Virus record (IMG/VR): IMGVR_UViG_3300028392_000059
Coordinates: 11,365-75,364 of that record
Length of the DNA: 64,000 nt
Direction: 5' to 3' (one strand)
From: a virus
Shown: positions 55,526 to 63,510 of the stretch, one piece after another
Position numbering within the stretch: position 1 is the stretch's first letter
Layout: every line of letters begins with the position of its first letter
The notes under the pieces: generated by a model
What the model was told of the DNA's origin: nothing
The model's database searches: none
The model's input: only the letters and a program-made list of their open reading frames with translations
Program-made: the position numbers and the translations under genes

Positions 55526-57511
55526 TTAGTGAACGTCGTACCAGTTTCGTCCAATAGCTTTACTACCATCCATAATGGTAATACCGAAAAGCTCTGCACC
55601 GTCTTTGAACGATTGCCTACCAATTTCAGCGGCTTGCTCAGCATGTTCGTCAGGAACGAGGTAGTCAATCTCGTCATGCATAAAGATGCAAGGAATATAA
55701 GGAATTCCTGCAGCTTCAAGCCTTTCCATTGTCAACATTGTTGCTGCTGAACAAGTAATCTTTTCTGTAGATTGCAAGAGATAAACAAGAAGTTTGTGGA
55801 AAGAATCAACATAAACACGACCACCACAAAGTGAAGGAATCCAGCCATCACCATACTTTGAGGAAGCACCATACAGATTTTCAAGCTTAGTAAGAAGATC
55901 TTTAAAACCTGGGACAGCCTTAGTAAAGCCGGTTTTTAGCTTGTTACCATTTTTACCATCTGCTGTACCAAAGATGTAAACCCACATCTTCTTACCAGAA
56001 GCACCAAACAAGAATGCGTAGAGCACACGTTTAGCTGCTGCACGTTTAACAGCAAAGATAGCTGCTTGTGCAGATTCTGACCCACTACGAAGATATTCTT
56101 CTTTACTAGCGTAGTTTGATGAAAATTCTTCTTTGATCTGTGCTTTATCAGATTTGATGATCCATTCAGACCAATCGAAACCCATACTTGTTAACACATT
56201 ATCAAGAATATTAGCATTAAACTTATGGATGTCACCAGTGAGAAGTGTGTTAGTAAACTCTTCGTCACCAAGAAAATGTGCAAGACCTCGTGCTTGGTTA
56301 GAAGCAGAATCACAACCAATCAATGACCATCCTGGCATACTACCGAACAATTCGCGCATTTCACGACCGTAAGGCGAGTTTGTGGAAGGTACATTAACAA
56401 TAATAGAATGTGTTGCACGCATACTTGGCGTACCAATTGTTTTACAACGACCTCTTAGTAGGTTATTCTCATCAACAGTCTCTAACCAGCCTTTAAGAAC
56501 ACCGTAACGTGAAACAGCAGTTAAGTATTCTTTGTAAAGCTTACCATCACCACCAAGAAATTCAAGACTTTCCTCAGTAATTTTAGGTGATGTTTCAACT
56601 TTACGCTTTAGCTCAGGATCCCACTTTGTATTGTATTCAAGTGGTTCCCAACCATTACGATAGAGAAAGATTTTAACGTCTGTGCTAGAAGATAGCTGAA
56701 GTGGTTCTACGTCTACACGCACATATTCGCCAGCAACAGGGCGTTCTTCGCCTTCATAGCCTGAGCATACATCAATACCAAACCAATTAGCTGTATGCTG
56801 GTCATAAAAGCCTGATTTAACCCATTTAGGGTGCTTTGTATGAACAATACCAAGTTTCTTGTCTTTTGGTGTTGCCTTATAGCCAAGCTTATACTCAAGT
56901 TGTGCTGTCGCATCTTCCAATTCTTTTTCAAGAACAATACGAAGCTGCTTAGCTTTAGGTGTGTCAAACGGCCATCCATGATAGTACGCAAGCGAACACC
57001 ACTTTGCAACAGCGGTTTCACAACGCATGTACGTCTTCATTAAAGGATTTTTAGCACAAGCTTCAAGCATTTCAGCACGAAGCTGGCTATATACTTCTAC
57101 TGTAAGTCTAACGTCTTGCAAACAGTATTTACGCATTTCTTCACTATACTGATGAAACTCATGAAAATCACCTTTAGGCGAATTTAAAGCTTCACCCCAG
57201 ACCTCAAGCCCATGGCCCTTGTCACCAAAGCGTCGATAGTTAAGAACACGTGACATAAGAACAGTATCGTGAATAACGCAGGTTTTAGGAAACTCATAAC
57301 CAAATAGTTTCCTTAGGACAAAGTTGTCGTAGTCTATAATATTATGACCAACAATAAGCGTGGCTTTATCGAAGTGTTCTTTCCAACCGAAGTCACCTTC
57401 TAGCCAGTAGTACATCTTCTCTTCATCGAGATTGTATGCAGCAAGTATCCACATACGCGTAACTTTATCATGCAGATTGTCACACTCAATGTCATAAACC
57501 CATCTTGTCAT
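55526..57511 (-). CDS. Family A DNA polymerase with 3'-5' exonuclease (T7 gp5-like)
   Basis: DIE, GHNIIDYD and YCLQDV exonuclease motifs; motif A CDSASNQAR, motif B RAAAKRVLYAFLFG, motif C HDE. Confidence 0.94.
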   Translation of the reverse strand: MTRWVYDIECDNLHDKVTRMWILAAYNLDEEKMYYWLEGDFGWKEHFDKATLIVGHNIIDYDNFVLRKLFGYEFPKTCVIHDTVLMSRVLNYRRFGDKGHGLEVWGEALNSPKGDFHEFHQYSEEMRKYCLQDVRLTVEVYSQLRAEMLEACAKNPLMKTYMRCETAVAKWCSLAYYHGWPFDTPKAKQLRIVLEKELEDATAQLEYKLGYKATPKDKKLGIVHTKHPKWVKSGFYDQHTANWFGIDVCSGYEGEERPVAGEYVRVDVEPLQLSSSTDVKIFLYRNGWEPLEYNTKWDPELKRKVETSPKITEESLEFLGGDGKLYKEYLTAVSRYGVLKGWLETVDENNLLRGRCKTIGTPSMRATHSIIVNVPSTNSPYGREMRELFGSMPGWSLIGCDSASNQARGLAHFLGDEEFTNTLLTGDIHKFNANILDNVLTSMGFDWSEWIIKSDKAQIKEEFSSNYASKEEYLRSGSESAQAAIFAVKRAAAKRVLYAFLFGASGKKMWVYIFGTADGKNGNKLKTGFTKAVPGFKDLLTKLENLYGASSKYGDGWIPSLCGGRVYVDSFHKLLVYLLQSTEKITCSAATMLTMERLEAAGIPYIPCIFMHDEIDYLVPDEHAEQAAEIGRQSFKDGAELFGITIMDGSKAIGRNWYDVH

Positions 57512-58099
57512 TTATGCTTTTGCAGCCTTATCAGCAGCATACTTCTTTGCAAGAATAGTCTCAACATCTGCAACACGCACAGGCTCATAATTATTAGTCA
57601 TAATAGCTGTTGCAAACTTATGATACCAAAGAGACTTCTCCATTTCTTGAAGTTCGTCGTCTTTCATACCCATGCGTGACAGATACTTATCGCAGCACAT
57701 GTCCATGACAGCCTGTACGAATGCACGCATATTTTGACGCCAGAAAGGCTTATACTGCAGATGTTCAAGCCACTGGATGGTGTCAGTTACGTTACCGTCA
57801 CCGTCTTTAATGATTAGCAACTGCTTATAGTGCGAAGGATTGATTGCGTCTTTTGCAGGCGCTGTAATTTTATCTACGCGAATTGTACCGTCCATGACCC
57901 AATGCTTTCTTTCTTCTGCTGTTACCCAAGCTTCATAATCTTCGTAAGACCTAAAGGGAAGTATTTCTTTAGAAATTCCTTCTCCTTTGTAACCTACATA
58001 ATAACCACGCTGCCAGTCATCTTCATGAATACCTTCTTGTGGCACTTCTGTTGGAAAACCTGGAGAACCATTAATGTAATATTGAAACTTCATAAACAC
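57512..58099 (-). CDS. DUF3310-like protein (T7 gp1.7 nucleotide-kinase-related)
   Basis: DAINPSHYK...KYLSRMGMKD...QEMEKSLWY. Confidence 0.65.
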   Translation of the reverse strand: MFMKFQYYINGSPGFPTEVPQEGIHEDDWQRGYYVGYKGEGISKEILPFRSYEDYEAWVTAEERKHWVMDGTIRVDKITAPAKDAINPSHYKQLLIIKDGDGNVTDTIQWLEHLQYKPFWRQNMRAFVQAVMDMCCDKYLSRMGMKDDELQEMEKSLWYHKFATAIMTNNYEPVRVADVETILAKKYAADKAAKA

Positions 58100-58105
58100 C
58101 TCGTT

Positions 58106-58145
58106 TATAAGGGATCACCTAGATTTCTCTAAATGATCCCTTATA
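58106..58145. promoter_or_regulatory. Long hairpin after the SSB gene
   Basis: TATAAGGGATCA...TGATCCCTTATA 12-bp stem. Confidence 0.55.
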
Positions 58146-58153
58146 CTAACTAA

Positions 58154-58702
58154 TTAATAGACTTCTTCAGCGTCAACCTTTGGGGTCTTCTTGAAGTCTT
58201 CACCTGCTTCAGCATCTTCATCAGCAGGGACAACGCGTTCAGTCTTAGCCTTCTTAAACTCATCTTCACGCGGCTTAGGCGTATACACAATGTGCTTAGT
58301 CAGCTGAACGCCCATAAGGACTGTGGCCTTGCCAGACTTACCGGACTCTGCGTCACTGTAGTTATACTGGTAAATTCGAATGTTTGCAATCGAACCATTA
58401 CCAATAGTGTTGGGATCAACGGGATCGCACTCACCGTCAATAACACCTACAATACTACCGTCTTCACCGTCAGCCTTCTTGGACTTCTTACGGAGATTAG
58501 CACGGTAGTAAAGAACAGGACCATCATCATCTTCACGATGAGCAACAACCTTGATACCCAAAGCTTCCCACTCGGCCTTCTGTTCCTTGCTCTTTGTACG
58601 GAGCTGAACTTCCCAAGTTGGATTCTCTTTGTTGTATCGGTTATTAGGGTGAGCCGGGTCAAGCTTAGCGAACCAAATTTCACAGTCGTGGAGAATAGCC
58701 AT
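58154..58702 (-). CDS. Single-stranded DNA-binding protein (T7 gp2.5-like)
   Basis: Start MAILHD; IGNGSIANI...LMGVQL; acidic tail ending in an aromatic residue. Confidence 0.8.
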   Translation of the reverse strand: MAILHDCEIWFAKLDPAHPNNRYNKENPTWEVQLRTKSKEQKAEWEALGIKVVAHREDDDGPVLYYRANLRKKSKKADGEDGSIVGVIDGECDPVDPNTIGNGSIANIRIYQYNYSDAESGKSGKATVLMGVQLTKHIVYTPKPREDEFKKAKTERVVPADEDAEAGEDFKKTPKVDAEEVY

Positions 58703-58733
58703 TTTATACCTTCGCAATATATCAGTAATACTT

Positions 58734-58760
58734 ACCCATGATGGGTTAATTTAACGGGTT
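58734..58760 (-). promoter_or_regulatory. Putative phage RNAP promoter (upstream of replication module)
   Basis: Sense AACCCGTTAAATTAACCCA-TCA-TGGGT. Confidence 0.72.
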
Positions 58761-58801
58761 CAGCACTTGCGAAAGTTCGTTCTTAAGGTAATCGTAGTCG
58801 A

Positions 58802-59407
58802 TTAAGCAGAAGGCATTAGAACAGCAGACTCTTCATTAAGAATACCAGCATTAACAAATTCACGCTCACTTGATGTTAGATGCGGCATTGACGCTTCTAT
58901 GTCACCTGTAGCACGCCATTTAGCGTCTTCTTCAGGAGTAAAAGGAATTAGTCGGGTCACATCAGCACAAGAAAATGGAGAAACACGAATAACACCATTC
59001 AATGGACCTCTGAATGAATGCCAATATTTACCATCTTCATTGTTTTTAATAACTGTCATACCAACATTCGGCACTAAACTGAAAATTTCTAGTGGAATAA
59101 GGTAAATCTCTCCGCCAGCATTATTTGTAGCTAGCATTGCAGCTATCCAACTTTTTGAAGGTAAATACCAGATTGCATCAAATGTCGGTGTATTAGTAAG
59201 AATACAGACACCATCTACACCTTTGACCTGCAGTATATCGGTCATGTTTTCGACAATGTTTACGTTACCACCGAAACACTCATCTAATGTACTCTCAGGG
59301 TATTCTGCAAGTTGTTCACTTACAGCCGCTTTAAATTCCAAATGAATTTCTTCATTGAAATTAGCAAGTTCATCAAATGCTTTAAAGATAATCATAAGTT
59401 TCTCCAT
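58802..59407 (-). CDS. Hypothetical protein (about 200 aa)
   Basis: ORF track; C-terminal MPHLTSSEREF motif. Confidence 0.65.
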   Translation of the reverse strand: MEKLMIIFKAFDELANFNEEIHLEFKAAVSEQLAEYPESTLDECFGGNVNIVENMTDILQVKGVDGVCILTNTPTFDAIWYLPSKSWIAAMLATNNAGGEIYLIPLEIFSLVPNVGMTVIKNNEDGKYWHSFRGPLNGVIRVSPFSCADVTRLIPFTPEEDAKWRATGDIEASMPHLTSSEREFVNAGILNEESAVLMPSA

Positions 59408-61647
59408 TAAACAAAACAATACTCGCTATCTAGTACAAGTGACAAGTCAAGTGTACCTAATTGAATTTTAGAAATATCACCACCAATATCTTCCATTAAA
59501 GATGCCAATGGATCAGCTTCATACAATTCAAGAAAAGTTTGTCTAACAATGTTAAACAACTTGGGCATATCCGCAAGTAAACATCCAAACGAATCGTGGA
59601 TTGTCGTAATGGGGAAATCTGCCTTGCACACAGTTATTGTCAAATGAGCTGCATCTAGAGAGTGGATTGCGTTTGGGCTTGCACCTGATACTTGCTTATT
59701 CTTTGAGATGACTTGATCTTCAAGGAAACATACAGCAAGCTGCAAACTATTTTCAAAGTAGCCGGTCGATAATCGAGGGCCTTTAGGTGGACCATACTGT
59801 ACCCAAATCTTTTTTGATTTTCCTTCAGTGTAATATTGTACAACAGGAAATTTAGTGATTGGTACTGTCCAGCTTAGGAACTCGCCACGATCTTCGGCAT
59901 CTTTGCCTGCCTTTTCAAATACAGAAAGTAGTCGCATAGGTTTTTGTAAAGAACGTCTGCAATCATCGTAAACAATTCTACCAAGGTATGCACCCCAACC
60001 ATGCTCCATGAACAGTAGTTTTTCAATACCATGTTTCTTAGAGTCATCAATTTGCTGTTGGCCAAGGCCATAAGGTGTACCACCGTAAGGTAGTGTCATT
60101 ACATTTCGTTTAACAATCTTTCGACGTTCTTTAAGGTCTGTTACAGAGGCCCAATAAACGGGAGCTGCAATAGCGGCAACTCTCTCATTTTGCTTCTTAA
60201 ATTCTTTAATAGCTTCTACTAGCACTTTACGATGCTCTGAACGGGGTTCAGTAGCTTGTATCTGCTTTTTAAAATCCATCAAAGTATCAATGTATATGTT
60301 ACATACGTCAATCTCTTCTTGAGAATACTCGCTGATTATCTCAGCAAGCCGAGCCCATACATGCTCAGCAACATACTTGTAGAGATCACCAGGAAGTTCC
60401 TGAGGGATTAGATTAACGTGAGGCGCGGTGTGCTCATCGCGGGTGAGTGCAGAAAGATGCTGCGATCCATTGTTAGAGCCATCAATGTATACTTCGAGGC
60501 TCGACTCGTAGTTGTAGTTTTTATAGTCGCCTCCATTGACAGTTTGCCACATCCTCAATTTCATAAGCTCATTACAAGCTGCTAGAAATTGCCAAGGCTT
60601 ATCTGCTTTCATCCATCCTTGATTTACTTTAGGATTTTCAGCATACGACAGAAAAAGCTCTTCGTTATCTACACACCACTCAAAACGATCTTTTAATGGT
60701 ATTTTATCTGTCTTGGCTTTATCACTACGTCCAGCGTCATTTGCCCAATTTGAAGCAATTGAGATCATTAGCCAGAAATAACCATCTTCACCAATAGCTT
60801 TCTTATCTTTACGTAACAACAAGCCACGTGCAAGATCAGAACCTTGCTCATGCAAATAAGCTGTAGTTGGATACTTACGACCGCGAAAGTCATAATAGTA
60901 AAGATGGTAAAACGTACTGTTTAAGAAACGTCTTGCAATATCACCAATTGCTCGTGCTTCTCTAAGTTTAGTCGTCTTTGCTTCTATACTAGTTTGTTCC
61001 CAGATATCAGCAAAAGCGTCTGTTTTGTTTCTTAGAGCCCACAAATGCAGCTTATAAATGTCTTCATTAATACGCCAACCAACTTCTTGAGCTCTATTCA
61101 AGCACTCAAACAGCATTGGGTGTGTTTCAGGAAGAACAATATCGAGAACATCTTTGCTACCTGTTTTTATCATCACTGCGCCGGTTTCATGTCTTGTACT
61201 TGTCCAAGGCGCATATGCTGATGTTGCTGGTAGCTTTTCAACAGAAGATGATGTAACCGTAGACCAAAGACTGCAAATGCTTTCATCATCAATGACTTGA
61301 ACTACATACATAGCATGACTTTTAGAGCCTTGGCCGAGCACTAGCTGTATCATCATTAACTTTTCAAAAGACCATAATAGAAACACACCTGTCTTAGCAG
61401 CCAACGCAGAATCACGTTTCTGTTTAAGCTTAGTGCGAACTGCATGGCCAATAGCACTTGCAATTTCAGTCAAATAAATGGATTGATTGCCGTTACCACG
61501 TTTGATACGTGTATACAAGTATGTTACAGAAATGACAGTGTCAAGGTAATCATCAATAGAAAAGTCTTGAAGAAATTTCAAAGGATTTTGAGGAGCGACT
61601 TCTGTTTTAATCCGCTCTTCAATATCAGCGCGTAACCTCTGTCTCAT
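59407..61647 (-). CDS. T7-family single-subunit DNA-dependent RNA polymerase (746 aa)
   Basis: DFRGRKY, DGSNNGSQH, RKIVKRNVMTLPYG, PNAIHSLDA, IHDSF. Confidence 0.95.
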   Translation of the reverse strand: MRQRLRADIEERIKTEVAPQNPLKFLQDFSIDDYLDTVISVTYLYTRIKRGNGNQSIYLTEIASAIGHAVRTKLKQKRDSALAAKTGVFLLWSFEKLMMIQLVLGQGSKSHAMYVVQVIDDESICSLWSTVTSSSVEKLPATSAYAPWTSTRHETGAVMIKTGSKDVLDIVLPETHPMLFECLNRAQEVGWRINEDIYKLHLWALRNKTDAFADIWEQTSIEAKTTKLREARAIGDIARRFLNSTFYHLYYYDFRGRKYPTTAYLHEQGSDLARGLLLRKDKKAIGEDGYFWLMISIASNWANDAGRSDKAKTDKIPLKDRFEWCVDNEELFLSYAENPKVNQGWMKADKPWQFLAACNELMKLRMWQTVNGGDYKNYNYESSLEVYIDGSNNGSQHLSALTRDEHTAPHVNLIPQELPGDLYKYVAEHVWARLAEIISEYSQEEIDVCNIYIDTLMDFKKQIQATEPRSEHRKVLVEAIKEFKKQNERVAAIAAPVYWASVTDLKERRKIVKRNVMTLPYGGTPYGLGQQQIDDSKKHGIEKLLFMEHGWGAYLGRIVYDDCRRSLQKPMRLLSVFEKAGKDAEDRGEFLSWTVPITKFPVVQYYTEGKSKKIWVQYGPPKGPRLSTGYFENSLQLAVCFLEDQVISKNKQVSGASPNAIHSLDAAHLTITVCKADFPITTIHDSFGCLLADMPKLFNIVRQTFLELYEADPLASLMEDIGGDISKIQLGTLDLSLVLDSEYCFV

Positions 61648-61790
61648 CTATGTGATATCACCTTAATAGCAAAAAGAAGTGCAGCTATGGCTCCAATAAT
61701 CATAGCTAGTTTAGCAGCAGCAGCGAATACTACAATGAAAATAACGCTCTTGCTAATTAAACTAGTTAGATCATTTTTACCTTTTTGCAC
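61644..61790 (-). CDS. Small membrane protein (48 aa)
   Basis: Hand-translated GTG start with GGAG RBS; ATGA overlap with RNAP start. Confidence 0.5.
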   Translation of the reverse strand: MQKGKNDLTSLISKSVIFIVVFAAAAKLAMIIGAIAALLFAIKVISHR

Positions 61791-61821
61791 TTATACTCCA
61801 ATTTATTTTTGTTTAATCATC

Positions 61822-62163
61822 TTACATATTTTGAAAACAAAAGTTTACGCTAGCTACAATCAAAGCCATTTGGAGTGTATTTGAAGTCACGCTACTGTCC
61901 CATGTAAAGTCTCTATGGTAAATGTCTACAGTAACCTTTTTGTTGAATATTTGAATACTAATACCAACTTCACCAAAATCTAGTGAAGGTACAACTTGAA
62001 AAGCTGAACTAATATCATTAATATAGTCAAGTGGTACCAACGATTTTACACCAGGAAGCCAAGCATGAATAGCTTCATTTTTAGCCTCATCAGATCGTTC
62101 TGAGTGAAGAAAATCTAAAAGGTCTTTAGTAGACTCTTTAGAGCCCATCAAAATTGAAGTCAT
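61822..62163 (-). CDS. Hypothetical protein
   Basis: ORF track; start uncertain. Confidence 0.55.
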   Translation of the reverse strand: MTSILMGSKESTKDLLDFLHSERSDEAKNEAIHAWLPGVKSLVPLDYINDISSAFQVVPSLDFGEVGISIQIFNKKVTVDIYHRDFTWDSSVTSNTLQMALIVASVNFCFQNM

Positions 62164-62314
62164 GAACAAGTCTCCCTAAGCCAGCTTTAACAAGTTCTTT
62201 TTGGCAACCATTACATGACACTCTGTCACCAATATTTGCTGCTCGATCTGGTGGACCTTTCTGAAGCTTGCCACAAAGAAAGTTCAGTGTATTGTATGCA
62301 GCGTGTGTAATCAT
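62138..62314 (-). CDS. Small Cys/His protein (58 aa)
   Basis: Start MITHAAY behind GAGG; H..C..CxxC. Confidence 0.55.
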   Translation of the reverse strand: MITHAAYNTLNFLCGKLQKGPPDRAANIGDRVSCNGCQKELVKAGLGRLVHDFNFDGL

Positions 62315-62321
62315 AATGCCT

Positions 62322-62378
62322 CGAAAAAAAAAAAATAATAAGAAAAATTTGAACAGTTTTATGTCATGTTCAGGACAG
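62322..62378 (-). promoter_or_regulatory. Compact RNA structure followed by T-rich tract and T12-CG
   Basis: Sense TGTC-CTGAACAT-GACA-TAAAAC-TGTTCA then TTTTTCTTATTA-T12-CG. Confidence 0.5.
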
Positions 62379-62381
62379 TTA

Positions 62382-62561
62382 TTATTTAAAGTTCTTTGCA
62401 AACAGTAGCAATGTAAGTGCAATTATACAATTGCGAACAACACCAATAGTCGCTGCTGTAAGCTTGTATGCACCATAAGCTGGAACTTTAAACATTAGAA
62501 AGATGAAAAAGGCACCACCAACAAGACATAGTGCCGTGAAAACACTTTTTGTTAGTGTCAT
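62382..62561 (-). CDS. Small membrane protein (59 aa)
   Basis: Hand-translated hydrophobic ORF. Confidence 0.5.
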   Translation of the reverse strand: MTLTKSVFTALCLVGGAFFIFLMFKVPAYGAYKLTAATIGVVRNCIIALTLLLFAKNFK

Positions 62562-62725
62562 TCTTCAATCTTCCAAGAGATTGTACCAATACGGCCTTCT
62601 TTCGAAACCTTGGTGATTGTACGCCACGCAAGGATACTCGAAACGATGCTAATGACACATCGTACAGAAATAATGGAGAAACCGATGACGATAACCCACC
62701 AAAGAGTTGCGATTGACTGAAACAT
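62558..62725 (-). CDS. Small membrane protein (55 aa)
   Basis: Hand-translated; ATGA coupling. Confidence 0.5.
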   Translation of the reverse strand: MFQSIATLWWVIVIGFSIISVRCVISIVSSILAWRTITKVSKEGRIGTISWKIEE

Positions 62726-62727
62726 GA

Positions 62728-62940
62728 TTAAACCTTTCTAGAACCAGGCATTGTGCATTTTGTCTTCTTTGCGTTCGGCATGAACGGAACAAATGCCTTC
62801 TGACGAGCACTGAGCCGACGCATTGCTTTACGAAGTTGACGACCACCCGGATATGGTTGGCCCTCACGCTGCCGAGGCGGCATAGTGCAAGGAATCTTAA
62901 CTTTATCCGGATCCATCTTATCGCGTGCATCACCAAACAT
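62728..62940 (-). CDS. Small basic protein (70 aa)
   Basis: AAGGAG RBS; Arg/Lys/Pro-rich. Confidence 0.65.
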   Translation of the reverse strand: MFGDARDKMDPDKVKIPCTMPPRQREGQPYPGGRQLRKAMRRLSARQKAFVPFMPNAKKTKCTMPGSRKV

Positions 62941-62992
62941 GTATATTCTCCTTTTGTTAGGTATATTAGTATACCATATAAGATACCAATAT

Positions 62993-63184
62993 TTACGCGT
63001 TTATTGAAATAATATCTTTCATAGCAAAGTCACGGATTTCGCCTTTATCAATATCCCATGCTTTGAGAAACCATTGTGGTGCTGGGTGCCAGCCAGTAGC
63101 GCCATAAAAGACATTAATAGGCACAATATCACGTGTGCTTTCAACGTCTTTGTAATTCTTATATTCAATCCGTAGGTGCGACAT
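62993..63184 (-). CDS. Stand-alone WYL-domain protein (63 aa)
   Basis: IEYKNYK...RDIVP...QWFLKAWDIDKGEIRDFAMKDI. Confidence 0.75.
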   Translation of the reverse strand: MSHLRIEYKNYKDVESTRDIVPINVFYGATGWHPAPQWFLKAWDIDKGEIRDFAMKDIISINA

Positions 63185-63413
63185 ACCACGTTACCTTAAA
63201 AAGCTGATAGTCTGAATAGTGACCAAAGCTAGTCACTTCAAAACCATTCATGTTAAGAATAGATGTACGAAGCGAGTCGTATTCAGCAATGATAAGCACT
63301 TCAGAAAAACCTGCGGTAGCAGCTCTCATGATAGACTTATCAATATCGTCTGTAGACGCAGCAATGCCTCCTGAGATATGCATAAGATCGCGAGCATTTT
63401 GTGCAGTAATCAC
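63165..63413 (-). CDS. Hypothetical protein (82 aa)
   Basis: ORF track; AAGGA RBS. Confidence 0.6.
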   Translation of the reverse strand: MITAQNARDLMHISGGIAASTDDIDKSIMRAATAGFSEVLIIAEYDSLRTSILNMNGFEVTSFGHYSDYQLFKVTWYVAPTD

Positions 63414-63510
63414 CGGAGTATCCTTATGAGTGTTGAAAGAATGCCAATAGTGGTTTTCTTTTTGTATTTAGCTTTGAATTTGAATGTTGGTGGTTTCTTT
63501 TTGTAAGCCA

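Noticed and set aside
62968-62976. Extended -10 host promoter (TGGTATACT) upstream of the 70-aa basic gene
   Set aside because: Single occurrence in AT-rich DNA with no -35; cannot be distinguished from chance
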